Assembly (NCBI GenBank): GCA_020891255.1
Contig: BQFW01000009.1
Span: 1,240,001 to 1,304,000, forward strand
DNA from: Entomortierella parvispora E1425
Lineage: Eukaryota > Fungi > Mortierellomycota
DNA: 64,000 nt
Direction: 5' to 3'
Shown here: in pieces, positions 62,262-64,000 of the stretch
How positions within the stretch are numbered: position 1 is the first letter of the stretch
Layout: each line of letters begins with the position of its first letter
Program-made: the position numbers and the translations under genes
The notes under the pieces: model-generated
Told to the model about the DNA's origin: nothing
The model's database searches: none
The model's input: only the letters and a program-made list of their open reading frames with translations

Positions 62262-64000
62262 CCTGATAACCGAATGAGTGTGTCAGTGTGCGGTAAAGAA
62301 TGGGAGAAGGAAGGAGAATGTGATGAGAGGGAGGCGGGGAGATGGCGAGTCGAGCAATCCGTGGGCTTTCTTGGAGAGTCGTCTGCGCGTGATATTTCGG
62401 TAGATTGAGTTCCCGCTCAAAGAGATGGTCGGCAGAAGCGGGTGGGTGGGCAGATGGAAATGGAGCCTAATGGAACCTCAGCTTGGGGGGAAGAGAGCAA
62501 GCCGCTTCTTTTTTTTTCGACCCGAGGTAAGGGGGCGGGGAAGAGGGGGGGGAGGAGCAGACTACGTTGGAACGCAACAATGGGCGGTCCAAGAGTAAGT
62601 CTGTGAAGGAACGGATGTGGAGAGAAGAGAGAAAGAGAGGCAAGGGAAAAGAGACAGGAAGAGACCCAGGCGAGCCAACAAATAGAAAGCGAGGGAGAAG
62701 TGTGGGAGACGTCAATGCCGCCTCTCTTTCTGCCCGTTCCTCCAGTCCTCTCCCCAAGGAAACTCTCTTTCCTTTGGCCCAATGGGTCGAGGACGGGCCG
62801 CGTTAAGGGGTGCTCCATGCTCTCCTGCATCTTCGTTACGTCTTTACGCAAGGGCAATTGACACGACTGTCACTCTCGCTTGCTCGTGGCCGTCATAGAG
62901 GTCATCTGTGTACCATGCCCCCCAACATCAAAATGATGATCTCTTTCTGTACTTGGTGAAACTGAAAAGTAATAACGTTTATGGAGTGAACTCTTCAGAA
63001 GTCTGTCTGGAGTGACATGCCAGCGACTCGATTCTTTCTGGAGTCATGTCCACCTTTCCTATCTTTGCCAAGAAACTGTGCGGAAGTAATAGACCTAGGC
63101 GAGATGCAATGGCTGCGGGCGCCAGACAACAAAAGCAGGCACTACACGTGCATCGGTGGACCAAACGTGCACACAGCTGTCGCGTACCATGTGTCTGCCA
63201 AGACTCGGGATTTGTAGACTTTGAAGAACAGAATGGACATATCAATATATCGCCGGTTTCTTCCTCAGCGACGGAAACGTCCACAAATTGAAGAATGAAC
63301 TTGCTGTGGCTTTCCTTTGTCACTCGCGTCTCATTGCTCTCATCATTTCGGCCCAAAATTCCTTTATTTTCTTTCCAGAAAGTGTCGGCTCGTCTCTCAC
63401 GTCTCTCACCCCAGCACTCCTGGGCACCTGCCGTAGAACCATGTCTGCTCTCTTTCGTCCAATCTAGGAGTTCTTGACATTGAAAGTGTACAGGTTGGTG
63501 GCACGGTTCTGTCACGTGCTTGGTTCAAGCCCAGGGGTAGACCTGTGGTGGTGGTCTTCGCCCTCGATATAAACATTTTACCTATAGTGTCTGGCGATCT
63601 TTCCCGAGTTCTCCAAGCATGGACCGCGCCTTGCACAGAAGGATCCAATATCCGCATGTGAGTGGCAGCGACGATGATGAAGTAGAAGAGATCTTTCTCG
63701 ACCTCGCGTCCCCGTCTTGTATTTTAGTGGTGGCTTAGAGGACCACAACATCTGCACTGACTGCAGTTCCTACTTCTCCGTCGCGTCTTTTGTGTCGTCT
63801 ACGGCGACCCGGGTCCCTGATGTCTCTCTTGTTTACTTCGCGCTGTCGCATCGACTGTTGTCAAGCACTCCGCTCAATACACATCCTCCACACTACTCAC
63901 TACTAAGACTAGACACACAAACGCTGGCTGAAAGACAACATTTGTCAACATCAAGTTGGCGTGCTACCCACGCCATGTTTAGGCACAGTTGTTTCAACAC

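Noticed and set aside
62979-63657. Cys-containing ORFs (CPFC...CTCSACFCC) suggestive of a RING/IBR finger
   Set aside because: Cys/His spacing does not fit RING, IBR or RINGv, and no coherent gene model results.

Overview
Eukaryotic, intron-rich fungal DNA. Gene content, long poly-A/T tracts and lineage-type LRR/F-box genes suggest Mortierellaceae (Mucoromycota s.l.); this taxon call is inference. About 21 protein-coding genes can be reconstructed. Conserved: Mus7/MMS22 (5'-truncated), GPI-type chitin deacetylase, KAR5/GEX1 nuclear-fusion protein, CCA1, ODC carrier, RS-cyclophilin, cold-shock-domain protein, CMC4, HAP3/NF-YB, DUF3533/SNG1-like, ARL2, mitochondrial bL9, TMEM135-like. Divergent: a PX-PB1 scaffold, a PP2C-like probable pseudophosphatase, a cupredoxin-fold protein lacking type-1 Cu ligands, two single-pass membrane proteins, an RNI/LRR-like protein, an F-box protein and a 1479-aa low-complexity ORF. 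The most unusual non-coding structure is a ~1.8-kb mirror-symmetric array at ~3958-5760: three diverged ~280-bp units, a ~30-nt loop, then the same units inverted plus a partial fourth. Each unit carries its own internal hairpin, and the array lies between two convergent gene 3' ends. Also seen: three GGATCTGATAA sites (SreA/Fep1-type GATA consensus) at 40.2-40.8 kb, two GC-AG introns and a 9-nt micro-exon. No tRNA, rRNA, CRISPR array or intact transposase was recognised. Gene models were built by hand from the ORF track and splice signals; no database search was run.
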